A DNA stretch of 64,000 nucleotides from a virus. The notes below the pieces were generated by a model that ran no database searches, was not told the origin of the DNA, and worked only from the letters and a program-made list of their open reading frames with translations. Shown here one piece after another: positions 33,650-42,484 of this stretch. A program made the position numbers and the translations under genes. The number at the start of each line of letters is the position of its first letter. Within the stretch, counting starts at the first letter, position 1. Where the stretch lies: IMG/VR virus record IMGVR_UViG_3300045988_168162, positions 32,001-96,000 of that record, one strand, 5' to 3'.

Positions 33650-33690
33650 ATAGCAAAGCAAAAGCCCCGCGAATACAATCATCACGGGGC
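33650..33690 (-). terminator. Rho-independent terminator
   Basis: Minus sense: GCCCCG-tgatgattgtattc-GCGGGGC followed by TTTTGCTTTGC. Lies 3' of the gene ending at 33734. Confidence 0.7.
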
Positions 33691-33733
33691 AAGTCTTGCG
33701 TGTTCGGTTTTTCGCGCTACCAACTGCGTAGCA

Positions 33734-34267
33734 TTAGCGGATCGTGCCACCGTCCAGGTAGAAGCCCACCTTATCGGTGACGGTTACGCGGCGGCCATTC
33801 ATTTCGACGGTTGCGCCGTACTGTTCAATTGTAGCAAGGCGATATTCGGCACAATTGCCATGCTGGCGGCTCTTAAACTTCATGCCGCGCTTGCGAATAA
33901 CGCTTGTCTGTTCACCGCGCCAGATAGCGGCGGCGCTGTTTTGGCGTACCTTGCGGACTTCTTCGGCACGGGCTTTTTCTAGAGCGGATACCTTTACCGG
34001 CGGCATAGATACCCAGCGGCCAAGGATCTGACGCACAGTTTCCGCGCTTTTCGACTCTTTACAAGCCGACCAAAACAAGGGATTGTTAACGGAAGGGCGG
34101 CGGAATGACATGAAGCCCTTGTACATGGTTTTGTCCGTAACATAAGGGCCTTTTTCGTCAACGCCGTACACTTCGCCCGGCTTGACTTGCGTACCTTGCC
34201 AGTACATGAGCTGGACACACTCGCGCGGGGCACGCATTGCCTGGTTGCGCTGGTTCTTTTTTGCCAT
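33734..34267 (-). CDS. Hypothetical basic protein (177 aa)
   Basis: ATG 34267; ORF track. Confidence 0.55.
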   Translation of the reverse strand: MAKKNQRNQAMRAPRECVQLMYWQGTQVKPGEVYGVDEKGPYVTDKTMYKGFMSFRRPSVNNPLFWSACKESKSAETVRQILGRWVSMPPVKVSALEKARAEEVRKVRQNSAAAIWRGEQTSVIRKRGMKFKSRQHGNCAEYRLATIEQYGATVEMNGRRVTVTDKVGFYLDGGTIR

Positions 34268-34831
34268 TCTTAAACACTTCCAATCCACGATATTTTAGAT
34301 GTGCGGTTTTTCGCCGCTTGCTTTTGCAAATTCCGCTTCCCGCGCTCTTGCGCACGGGCGGCGGTTATATAAGCAACGGCGCGGCTTTACACCAGCGCGG
34401 ATATGTAAAAGCGTACACTTTGCCCCTTGCTTAAACCCGGCGAACATGGTATAATACCTATGTGTAAAAACACTTTCCGGGCGAGGGGCGGCACACCGGC
34501 CGCGCGGTTTTCGCTGGCCGTTGCTTTTGCCCTGTTTCCATTCTTCACATAGCCATTGCGGTTTTTGGCTGGTACACTTTCCGGGCGGAATTGTCGCGGC
34601 CCTTTTTGTCCCGCGCTATGTGAAGCGGCTGTTTTAAGTTGTCAATGTACTATACCTTTGCTTGCTAGGGGTTTAAGCCTTTACGGCTGGCCATGTTGCC
34701 CTTTATGGGCGGCGCTGAAACTTTCCTTGCGTGTTCCCGGTTGCGCGTGTATCCGTGCGGCGCACGGTATCGGACGCGGTATGTAGTGCAACCATTTGCC
34801 GCCCTTTACCGCGGGCGGCGGCGGTATGTAG

Positions 34832-35470
34832 TTAAGCGGCGGCGGCTTCCTTTACGGGGGCGGCGGTTTTTGCTTCCTTGGCGGCCTTGGCGGCTTCCTT
34901 CTTTGCTTTTGCGGCGGCCTTGCGTGCGGCTTTATCGGCCATAAATGCGGCGCTATCCATGACGGCCACATTATTGATACGATTGTAGACGTATGTTTCA
35001 AGAGCTTCAGAAGCGGCGGCAGTTGCGGCGGTATCGTTCAAAAGGTTAACACGTCCAACGCGTACGCCGTCCACGTCCCGCGCCGTGCCATTGATAGCGG
35101 CGGGCAAAATAGCGGTTGCAATACGAGCGGCGGCGGCGGCGGTTTTTTCGCCTTCCTTGACATTAAAGGCAATTGCAAGGCCGTCCGCTTTATTGGCGGC
35201 AAAAAAGAAACAATAGTCTTTTGCGGCGGTGGTCAGGGCGGCGGCGGTTGTCTTGATTGTTTCAGGTTCACCAGTGATAGCGGCGGCGCGATAATCGGCG
35301 GCGGCAGTGATGACCTTTGCAAGGGCGGCGCGGTATGCCTTGACGGCTTCACGCGCGGCGGCGGTTGCGCCTTCCTGGTTGTCAAGCGCGGCGGCGATGA
35401 TTTTTGCATTGATAGGCTTGTGTGCTTCATGGGCGGCGGTCAATGCGCGGCGGTATTCGTTAGCGGTCAT
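34832..35470 (-). CDS. Ala-rich protein with Lys/Ala-rich tail (212 aa)
   Basis: ORF track. Tail KAARKAAAKAKKEAAKAAKEAKTAAPVKEAAAA. First gene of the leftward block. Confidence 0.6.
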   Translation of the reverse strand: MTANEYRRALTAAHEAHKPINAKIIAAALDNQEGATAAAREAVKAYRAALAKVITAAADYRAAAITGEPETIKTTAAALTTAAKDYCFFFAANKADGLAIAFNVKEGEKTAAAAARIATAILPAAINGTARDVDGVRVGRVNLLNDTAATAAASEALETYVYNRINNVAVMDSAAFMADKAARKAAAKAKKEAAKAAKEAKTAAPVKEAAAA

Positions 35471-35707
35471 AGTGTGTACTTCCTTTCATGTGTTGTGTGT
35501 TGTGGTGAATTGTCAAGCGCGGGCTGTTCTGCTTGTTCCCCGTGTTTGATTGTAGCTGTATTGTAGCACGTAGGAAATGCCATTACCATGCACAAAACGC
35601 GTAAGTTTGCAAAGCTGCAAAAACGGCGATAATACGAAAGAAAATATATAAAAAGGGCACGGGGGACATGCACTATTGTTGCATGCGTTACGTGTTATAG
35701 GTGTGTC

Positions 35708-35920
35708 ATGCCAAAAACAAGTATAAAAAAATTAGCATCAAACAAAAAATATAACGATAAAGCGACGGATACCATAACAATAAGACTACAAAAAAAAGAC
35801 ATAGTCAATAAAGACAGTATCCGTATGTGGGCGGAAAACGCAGGTATTAGCATAAATAAATACGTTGTAACGGCAATATTTGAGAAGCACGCAAGGGATG
35901 AAGAAGCGCAAAAAATGTAA
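35708..35920 (+). CDS. RHH (CopG/Arc-like) small DNA-binding protein
   Basis: ..ITIRLQKKDIVNKDSIRMWAENAGISINKYVVTAIF. Paralog of the next gene. Confidence 0.55.
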   Translation: MPKTSIKKLASNKKYNDKATDTITIRLQKKDIVNKDSIRMWAENAGISINKYVVTAIFEKHARDEEAQKM

Positions 35921-35932
35921 AGGCGCATAATC

Positions 35933-36139
35933 ATGCGAAAAAAGCAGAACAAAACAAGCGCAAAAAAATTGGCTACAAATCAGCGTTATATCGACGAAAA
36001 AACAGATAAAATACAAGCGAATTTGCCACGCGGATATGCTGATAAACTGAATAAAATTGCAGAATCAGCCGGTACGAGCAAGGCGCAAGTGCTTAAAAAT
36101 TGCATAGATACGGCATATAATGCGTTATTTGATGAATGA
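35933..36139 (+). CDS. RHH (CopG/Arc-like) small DNA-binding protein
   Basis: ..IQANLPRGYADKLNKIAESAGTSKAQVLKNCI. Confidence 0.55.
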   Translation: MRKKQNKTSAKKLATNQRYIDEKTDKIQANLPRGYADKLNKIAESAGTSKAQVLKNCIDTAYNALFDE

Positions 36140-36150
36140 ATATATGCAAG

Positions 36151-36412
36151 GCGTGGGCGGCACACGGGCCACGGTATCCGGGCATATAAGGAACGCGCGA
36201 ACATTATATAGTAGTGAGAAACAATATATCGAAAAACGATAAATGTGTTGCCGTGGCAACAACTGGTAAAATATGGTAGTATGTTGTAGATACAACAAAC
36301 TGTGTATATTGTCTATATACAGTTATAAATATAACCATTAGCCGATACCAACTAACATAGTAGGTTATAGCAAAAAACAGGCCCACGGCCCACGCAATAC
36401 AGCCGCCCACGC
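36151..36412. repeat. AT-rich, palindrome-dense core bounded by a perfect 11-bp inverted repeat GCGTGGGCGGC / GCCGCCCACGC
   Basis: Arms at 36151-36161 and 36402-36412. Inside: GTTGCCGTGGCAAC, GTTGTAGATACAAC, TGTATATtgtcTATATACA, TATAACC..GGTTATA. Confidence 0.6.
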
Positions 36413-36911
36413 TGTACAGCGTACAAGTCCGCGCCGCTATGTTACCGCCCTATACTATGCAAAAGATTTGAAGTTTTTTGCATAGTGCATTTTTTAGCGA
36501 TAATACGTGTAAAAAGTGCCATACAATGGGGCGGGGGATGGTTAAAAATCCGGATCGGTTTTACTCTTTACTATTAAGGTAAGTAGTCCATTCTAACTCT
36601 CGGCTCTCATTTCTGGCTCTCATTTCGCCAAACCATCCAGCATCCCAGTCCGCGTCCCAGATCCAGCATTTTCCTTCGGCCCACCGCTTCGGCAATTCCA
36701 CGCTCCACCGTCCAAAATCACCGTTTCAAAACGCCTTCAAAACCATAAATTCCGGCCTATTTTTGCATCAAAATGATCAATTTCAGCCCATTTTCAACAA
36801 AAAACAGCGCATTTTCGTTCATTTTGCAGTAGCACCGCTCCATGCGGTCCCGAAAACGCCCTGCGAGGCCACTTTTACGCCTTTCAGGGGCATATTTTTT
36901 CGCGATTTCTA

Positions 36912-36940
36912 TTGACGTGCCGTTAAATGTAGTGTATAAT
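36912..36940 (+). promoter_or_regulatory. Sigma-70-type promoter for the recombinase operon
   Basis: TTGACG, 17-nt spacer, TATAAT. The spacer carries the CCGTTAAAT motif. Confidence 0.6.
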
Positions 36941-37007
36941 ATAGTTACGGAAACGAAAAAGCGCCGCAAAATACCGCTAATGCACACAGACTAAGGAGTT
37001 CCACACT

Positions 37008-37904
37008 ATGAAACGCTCTAATAAGCTCGTCGCCGCCACTAATGCAGCCAATGAATCCAAAATTCAGGCTTTGACAGCCATGTTGCTCCGCGCCAAGACC
37101 CAGGATGAGCGTTCTGTGTTGATTGAGGCTTTGGCAGAAGCCAATAATATGAACATCGTAGTGGGTGGCGCCCATAAGACCCCGGTCAGGAGCCATGACC
37201 GCTGTTTGACTTTGTCGCCATATAAGTCCAACGGTGCCCGCAAAGCTACCGCAGCCGAGCCCATCCGCAATCAGGATGATTTCCGCGCAATTGGCAACTA
37301 CCTGCTGACCCACGGCAACGAACGAAACCGGCAGCGCAACTATACCTTATATATATGTGGTATTACGCTTGGCCTACGAGTAGGGGACTTGCTGAATCTG
37401 ACCATTGGCGATGTGTATGATCTGGCAGAGGCATCTGTTCGCGGCCATCTTCAGATCATCAACCAGAAAACGCACAAGCGCACAACTGATCTGATAACTC
37501 CAATGGCCGCCAATGCAATTACTGATTTGGTCAATGAGATCCGCACAGCACAGAGCGGCGTGCTGGATGCCAGTTGGCCGTTGTTCCAGAGCCAAAAGTG
37601 GTGCCGCGCCGGTGGTATGACTAAGAAGCTTTCCAAAAGCCAAGTTTATCGGTTTTTGACAGAGGCTGCTAAGGCATGTGAAGTTCAAGGCCATATCAGT
37701 ACGCATAGTATGCGCAAGACCTATGGTTATGCTGCTAATAGTACACTAAGCCAGAGCGGAGTACCGGCAGCACAGATCATGGAGACCCTGCAGGCCAAAT
37801 TCCGCCATAGTGACCAGACTACAACAATGCGTTATATCGGTTTGCAACAGGAACAGATTGACGCAACCGCACTTAGTGTTGATGCCGCATTGGGCGGCTT
37901 ATAA
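37008..37904 (+). CDS. Tyrosine recombinase / integrase
   Basis: GLRVGDLLNL (Arg box), HISTHSMRKTYGY (HxxR), FRHSDQTTTMRYIG (catalytic Tyr region). Confidence 0.85.
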   Translation: MKRSNKLVAATNAANESKIQALTAMLLRAKTQDERSVLIEALAEANNMNIVVGGAHKTPVRSHDRCLTLSPYKSNGARKATAAEPIRNQDDFRAIGNYLLTHGNERNRQRNYTLYICGITLGLRVGDLLNLTIGDVYDLAEASVRGHLQIINQKTHKRTTDLITPMAANAITDLVNEIRTAQSGVLDASWPLFQSQKWCRAGGMTKKLSKSQVYRFLTEAAKACEVQGHISTHSMRKTYGYAANSTLSQSGVPAAQIMETLQAKFRHSDQTTTMRYIGLQQEQIDATALSVDAALGGL

Positions 37905-37963
37905 ATTCAGGCTACAATTAACGGCACATAAATATTATAAATGTATGATAAGAGGTTTTAACA

Positions 37964-38227
37964 ATGAGCAATACACAAACAACCGTCAGTACACTTTCGC
38001 CAGCTGCCAAGGACTTTATCAACCGCAATCGGCCGGGATTCCGCGCTGATATGCGCCACTTAATGATCACATTCATTGATGACATTGTAGACTTTGCGGA
38101 CGCGCACCATGTGGACCGCGAAACTACGATGCTGGAGGTAGGGCAGCAGCTGCGGATGATACCGAGCTATGCGGATCTGACGAGATATCGGCCAACTCCG
38201 TTAGATGACGATGCTCCGCAGGATTGA
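37964..38227 (+). CDS. Hypothetical protein (87 aa)
   Basis: ORF track; AGAGG upstream. Confidence 0.55.
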   Translation: MSNTQTTVSTLSPAAKDFINRNRPGFRADMRHLMITFIDDIVDFADAHHVDRETTMLEVGQQLRMIPSYADLTRYRPTPLDDDAPQD

Positions 38228-38472
38228 TGCTGCGCACCAGAGAGGTTCTACCAGAAATGATTACATATAATGGTGCACCCGTTATGGGCAGACATGTCGG
38301 CCTGCATGCCGTTACATTGGAAGATAGCAACCCGTATGAAGTGATTTACCATGTACGGCGCTGGATGAACATGATTGACGATAAGCGCGAAATTGATATT
38401 CAGAACATCACGCAGATTGCGGATGACCGCCGTGTCTACACAACGATTTGGTATACCGAGGTGGCGCGATGA
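38227..38472 (+). CDS. Hypothetical protein (81 aa)
   Basis: ATG overlaps the upstream TGA (TGATG). Confidence 0.55.
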   Translation: MLRTREVLPEMITYNGAPVMGRHVGLHAVTLEDSNPYEVIYHVRRWMNMIDDKREIDIQNITQIADDRRVYTTIWYTEVAR

Positions 38473-38595
38473 GATCGATTGATGCAAGCGCTGAGAACCG
38501 TTCACTGGAGCGTGCTGCGGTGACAACAGCCCATATGTCGCGGGTTTCGTAGATGGTGATTGCTGCTGTGGCGACTGGAAAGCGAGGCTAAAGAA

Positions 38596-39339
38596 GTGAC
38601 AACTATACTGACCAATATCCTGATATTTATTGTCGCAACCATAGTGTTTGTGCGGACATCAGGCCAGACACATGAGATTTATAAGCTACCCGGACTTTTA
38701 ATGCCATCAATACTGTCTGCGGCGTGTCTCGTTTTAGCTAGCATTAGCTCCATTGCTTATACGTATACCGAGTATCGCGTGGCTGCGGAACTCTTTAAGA
38801 ACGAGGGTAAAGAAGACTCCAATATGTTTGCTTTTGCGCTTATCGTATGCGCCGTTATTTGTGGCTTAACTATTTGCGTCTTCATATTTTGTTACGACAA
38901 CTTCCCGCTCGTAGAACTGCTTGCCTATCACAAACAGGTAGACAGTGCTTTTGACAACATCCCGCGTATTCCATACAGTACATTTAAAAAAATGTATAAG
39001 CTGCACCCTGAGAATTTCAAATTTATCGATTCGCAGATTTACTTTCCTTCTTATGGGTTTGAATATCGCGGTAAGAGGTTTTCTCTAAACTTTCTGGACT
39101 TTATGCGGGCGCTAAGCCTGGTCGATGAGCATATAACAGAAAAGGACTTAGCGCACGAAAGGGCCAAGCGGGTCAAAAAATATGAAGAGCAGGCAAAGCT
39201 TTACGCCATGATGCGCGATGACCTAGCCCGCGACCTTGCCGCCATAGAAAAGCAGAAGGTAGATGCCTATGACAAAATCAAAACATCTACAGATAACATC
39301 AACGAGATAGCCAGAAGGCTGACAAAGGAGGCGCACTGA
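38596..39339 (+). CDS. Membrane protein with C-terminal coiled coil (about 247 aa)
   Basis: GTG 38596 follows GAGG. About three TM segments, then a helical tail. Confidence 0.55.
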   Translation: MTTILTNILIFIVATIVFVRTSGQTHEIYKLPGLLMPSILSAACLVLASISSIAYTYTEYRVAAELFKNEGKEDSNMFAFALIVCAVICGLTICVFIFCYDNFPLVELLAYHKQVDSAFDNIPRIPYSTFKKMYKLHPENFKFIDSQIYFPSYGFEYRGKRFSLNFLDFMRALSLVDEHITEKDLAHERAKRVKKYEEQAKLYAMMRDDLARDLAAIEKQKVDAYDKIKTSTDNINEIARRLTKEAH

Positions 39340-39518
39340 TGGCACGAATTGTATTAGACGAACGACCTATTGGCTGCTGGGATTGCCCGTTCTATGCCTT
39401 ATTCGATTGCAGGTATTACAGAGACGACCAGATCTTTCCGGGATATTGCGAGTATATTACCACACCGGATGAACTTAAAGAAGAAAGAAAACACTATATA
39501 GAGGAGGTGCTCGACTAA
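39339..39518 (+). CDS. Small Cys-rich protein (59 aa, MARIVLDERPIGCWDCPFYALFDCRYY..)
   Basis: Not in the ORF track. ATG overlaps the upstream TGA, and its stop overlaps the next ATG. Confidence 0.5.
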   Translation: MARIVLDERPIGCWDCPFYALFDCRYYRDDQIFPGYCEYITTPDELKEERKHYIEEVLD

Positions 39519-39925
39519 TGGATGCACTACAATTCTTAAAAACGGCCAAGCGCATGTGCAACAAGCGCGGTCAATGCACCTGCTGCCCAATACACGATTT
39601 TTGCAACAATAACTTTAGCGAATGCTCAGATGCTTTGTTCCTTGACACAATAAAGGCTGTTGAACAATACAATAAGGACCATCCGGCCAAAGAGACCCGC
39701 AAAGACCGTCTGCTGCGCTCCCTTCCAACTTCGCCCATTAACGCCAATGGCGACCCGGATCTTTGCCCAGAAGATTATGGTGAAAATAATTATTACGATA
39801 ACGGATTGTTCCCTTGTGAGATTTTCAAAAGCGATTGCGCTACCTGCAAGCATGAATACTGGTCAGAAGAACCACATGGGCCAGCATATTGGGACAAGTA
39901 TTGGGAGGAAGACTATGGACGCTAA
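39518..39925 (+). CDS. Paralog family 2, member 1 (MDALQFLK.., Cys-rich)
   Basis: Shares MDAxEF(L/V)K, VEQ(W/Y).K..P, TR(Q/K)D..L..(F/L)P and C..C(K/R)..YW.EE with the next three genes. Confidence 0.65.
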   Translation: MDALQFLKTAKRMCNKRGQCTCCPIHDFCNNNFSECSDALFLDTIKAVEQYNKDHPAKETRKDRLLRSLPTSPINANGDPDLCPEDYGENNYYDNGLFPCEIFKSDCATCKHEYWSEEPHGPAYWDKYWEEDYGR

Positions 39926-40262
39926 AGAATTTTTGAAGTGTTTTATACGATATTGTAATAATACATCGTGTGATGACTGTGTGATGATTGCAGACGGGTG
40001 TTATCCCGGTGCAATTACGGATATTGATCGGCTGATTGATAAAGTCGAACAGTGGGGCAAAAACAACCCGCTTCCGCGCAAGGTTATTCGTCAGGACAGA
40101 ATGCTTGAACAGTTTCCATACGCCCCGCTTGATAAAAACGGCGTCATTGATCAATGCCCAGATTATCCGACCTATGGATTTTCGAGCGCACGATGCAAGA
40201 AATACAGCAATGATTGCTACGCTTGCCGTAAGGCATATTGGCTAGAGGAGATTGATGAGTAA
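39915..40262 (+). CDS. Paralog family 2, member 2 (MDAKEFLK..)
   Basis: ATG 39915 follows GGGAGGAAG. The ORF-track N-terminal extension is out of register with the family. Confidence 0.65.
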   Translation: MDAKEFLKCFIRYCNNTSCDDCVMIADGCYPGAITDIDRLIDKVEQWGKNNPLPRKVIRQDRMLEQFPYAPLDKNGVIDQCPDYPTYGFSSARCKKYSNDCYACRKAYWLEEIDE

Positions 40263-40579
40263 TGGACGCTGTTGAATTTCTGAAACTGCGCCGCCGCTAT
40301 TTCAATGAAAGCGGTTGGAATCCTAACATGCCCGACGGCTCCAGCCCTTACGCTGATGATGAAACTATCGAACGGTACGTTGCAAGAGTTGAACAATGGG
40401 GCAGAGAGCATCCAAAAGAAACACGGCAGAGCAAATTTTTGAAATTGTTCCCGGATGCGCCTATCGTTGATGGAACAATTCTGGTCTGTCCGAAGATTAT
40501 CGACAATGGCTGGAAACAACCTTGCGACAGAATGGATTGCCATAAATGCCGCGAAAAATATTGGAAGGAGATTTACTGA
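40262..40579 (+). CDS. Paralog family 2, member 3 (MDAVEFLK..)
   Basis: ORF track; family motifs present. Confidence 0.65.
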   Translation: MDAVEFLKLRRRYFNESGWNPNMPDGSSPYADDETIERYVARVEQWGREHPKETRQSKFLKLFPDAPIVDGTILVCPKIIDNGWKQPCDRMDCHKCREKYWKEIY

Positions 40580-40929
40580 TGGATGCAGTTGAATTTGTTA
40601 AGACGGTAAACAGGTTATGCAAAAATCTACGCTGCAAGGAATGTCCTGTTTATAAAGAGGGAATATGCACGGTTGGGTTCGACGACTATTCAGTTAAAAG
40701 CATTAAGGAAACAGTTTCAAAAGTCGAGCAATGGGCAAAAGACTATCCAGTCAAAACCAGGCAGGACGAGTTCTTGAAACTGTTTCCCAATGCCAGAATA
40801 GATAATTGTGGAATTTTGGACATTCGCCCTTGTTGTATTGAAGTTAGCCTTTGCGGTAAATGTGACCTGAGAAACTGCGATGGTTGCCGCCGCGAATACT
40901 GGCTTGAGGAGGTGACCGACAATGACTAA
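40579..40929 (+). CDS. Paralog family 2, member 4 (MDAVEFVK..)
   Basis: ATG 40579; family motifs present. Confidence 0.65.
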   Translation: MDAVEFVKTVNRLCKNLRCKECPVYKEGICTVGFDDYSVKSIKETVSKVEQWAKDYPVKTRQDEFLKLFPNARIDNCGILDIRPCCIEVSLCGKCDLRNCDGCRREYWLEEVTDND

Positions 40930-41512
40930 CATCACATCCCTGCGCCCTGGAGAACACTTCATGTTCAAAGGCTTCGAGTGGGTATGCCTTGACCCGAATC
41001 ACCCTGACGGCGGCATGCTGGCAATTATGGCAACGCCGTGGGCAAAAGATGTAAAATTCTGCCCAAGTGATAAATTCGTCGAGGAGAAAGGCAACTGGAA
41101 TAACTACCGCACGAGCTTGATTCGTGATATTCTGAATGATTCCCTTGCTAAAAAGATCAGAGCTAACAAGCTCGGAGACAACCTGCTTTTGCATACCGTT
41201 GACCTTGTTGCAGATAATGGCGACCGCGCCTATGGTGCTGTGGCAGACCTCGTTTTCATCCTCACTTGCGACGAGTACCGCAAGTACCGTGACTACATCC
41301 CGCACTACGATAGCTGTACATGGACTGCCACACCTTGGGGTTGCGGGTATGCGTATTACAACGCAGGCGCTGTTCGCCTTGTGAACACGGAAGGCAGGTT
41401 TTGTGAAAGCGGTGCGTACAACAGATATGCGGTCGTCCCAGCTTGTATTCTCAATCCGAAATCGCTCAATCTGCGCCAGAACATGGCATATGTAGAAGAG
41501 GTAGCAGAATGA
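40922..41512 (+). CDS. Hypothetical protein (196 aa)
   Basis: ORF track. Confidence 0.6.
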   Translation: MTNITSLRPGEHFMFKGFEWVCLDPNHPDGGMLAIMATPWAKDVKFCPSDKFVEEKGNWNNYRTSLIRDILNDSLAKKIRANKLGDNLLLHTVDLVADNGDRAYGAVADLVFILTCDEYRKYRDYIPHYDSCTWTATPWGCGYAYYNAGAVRLVNTEGRFCESGAYNRYAVVPACILNPKSLNLRQNMAYVEEVAE

Positions 41513-41781
41513 GCACCATTTTAAGACATAAATATGTCACGACCAGAAAACCGCATATCTGTTTTGGCTGTGGCCGTGAATTTGAACCGCCCGTAAAAAT
41601 GATTTCTGCCGCAAGCGCGGATGGCGGCACAGTGGAATCATACTACCTGTGTGAGACTTGCGACACGATTGTTTCCCGTATGAGATGGGATGATGAATAC
41701 GGCTTTGGAGAATTGCGCGAAGAAGCGTTAAAAATTGAAACAACGGCAGCTGCAAAAGGATGGGCTCCATATAATGACTAA
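41509..41781 (+). CDS. Zinc-ribbon protein (90 aa)
   Basis: ATG 41509 overlaps the upstream stop. Contains CFGCG..CETC. Confidence 0.55.
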   Translation: MSTILRHKYVTTRKPHICFGCGREFEPPVKMISAASADGGTVESYYLCETCDTIVSRMRWDDEYGFGELREEALKIETTAAAKGWAPYND

Positions 41782-41794
41782 CAGAGGATATAAC

Positions 41795-42055
41795 ATGAAC
41801 GACAACCCAGTCAAAGAAATCACACGCCCTTGCATCATGGTCTACAAAGGCTACGGTGTCACACAGATCTGTATGGAATGCGACGAAGAGACCGGCAGAG
41901 CTATCCTTTACGGCAAGCTGGATGGTATTACGGACCTTATTACGTTCCAGGCAGATTCAATGCGCGAGATTGAACAATCATTCCATAATGCTGTTGATGA
42001 CTACCTGGACTTCTGCAAGGAAGTGGGGAAGGAGCCGGAGCGGCCACAGCCGTAA
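41795..42055 (+). CDS. HicB-like fold protein (86 aa)
   Basis: YKGYGV....GRAILYGKLDGITDLITFQADSMREIEQSFHNAVDDYLDFCKEVGKEP follows the HicB N-terminal domain pattern. No HicA partner was seen. Confidence 0.45.
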   Translation: MNDNPVKEITRPCIMVYKGYGVTQICMECDEETGRAILYGKLDGITDLITFQADSMREIEQSFHNAVDDYLDFCKEVGKEPERPQP

Positions 42056-42142
42056 CGTTTACTAAGAGAAGAGGCTTTTCACTTAGCACGGTTGGATATG
42101 TTGCGGCGTTGTTTTTGATAGCAGAGCACGAACTTATAAAAA

Positions 42143-42484
42143 ATGGTGGAGAATAACAATATGTACTATGGGTTAGAGATCACTTGGCGAATGATAAACA
42201 AGACCATAAACAGGCCGAGTAAGGCTGTGCCTCATTGGATTTTCATTAAAGGCTATGACGCAGCGTCGGACAAAGCGTATGCCGAGCTGAACGGATATAA
42301 ATGGGAACCAAGTCCAGACAGATGGGTTTGCTCAAAATGCGGGGCGGCAACTAATGATATTTCTGCTAAGTGCTGCCCGCATTGTAATGTAGAGATGATT
42401 GGTAAGCCTGAAGTTATGTCGGAAACCATTGCAAGATTAAAAAAAGAAGTTCTTGAAGAAATGGAGGCAAAAAATGAGCTTTAA
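42143..42484 (+). CDS. Zinc-ribbon protein (113 aa)
   Basis: Contains CSKCG..CCPHC. Confidence 0.55.
   Translation: MVENNNMYYGLEITWRMINKTINRPSKAVPHWIFIKGYDAASDKAYAELNGYKWEPSPDRWVCSKCGAATNDISAKCCPHCNVEMIGKPEVMSETIARLKKEVLEEMEAKNEL

Noticed and set aside
35695-36410. Minus-strand ORFs of 68-85 aa in the AT-rich region
   Set aside because: They are antisense to the RHH genes or lie in palindrome-rich non-coding DNA. Their composition (Phe/Ile/Leu/Cys) is typical of AT-rich noise, and they have no SD.
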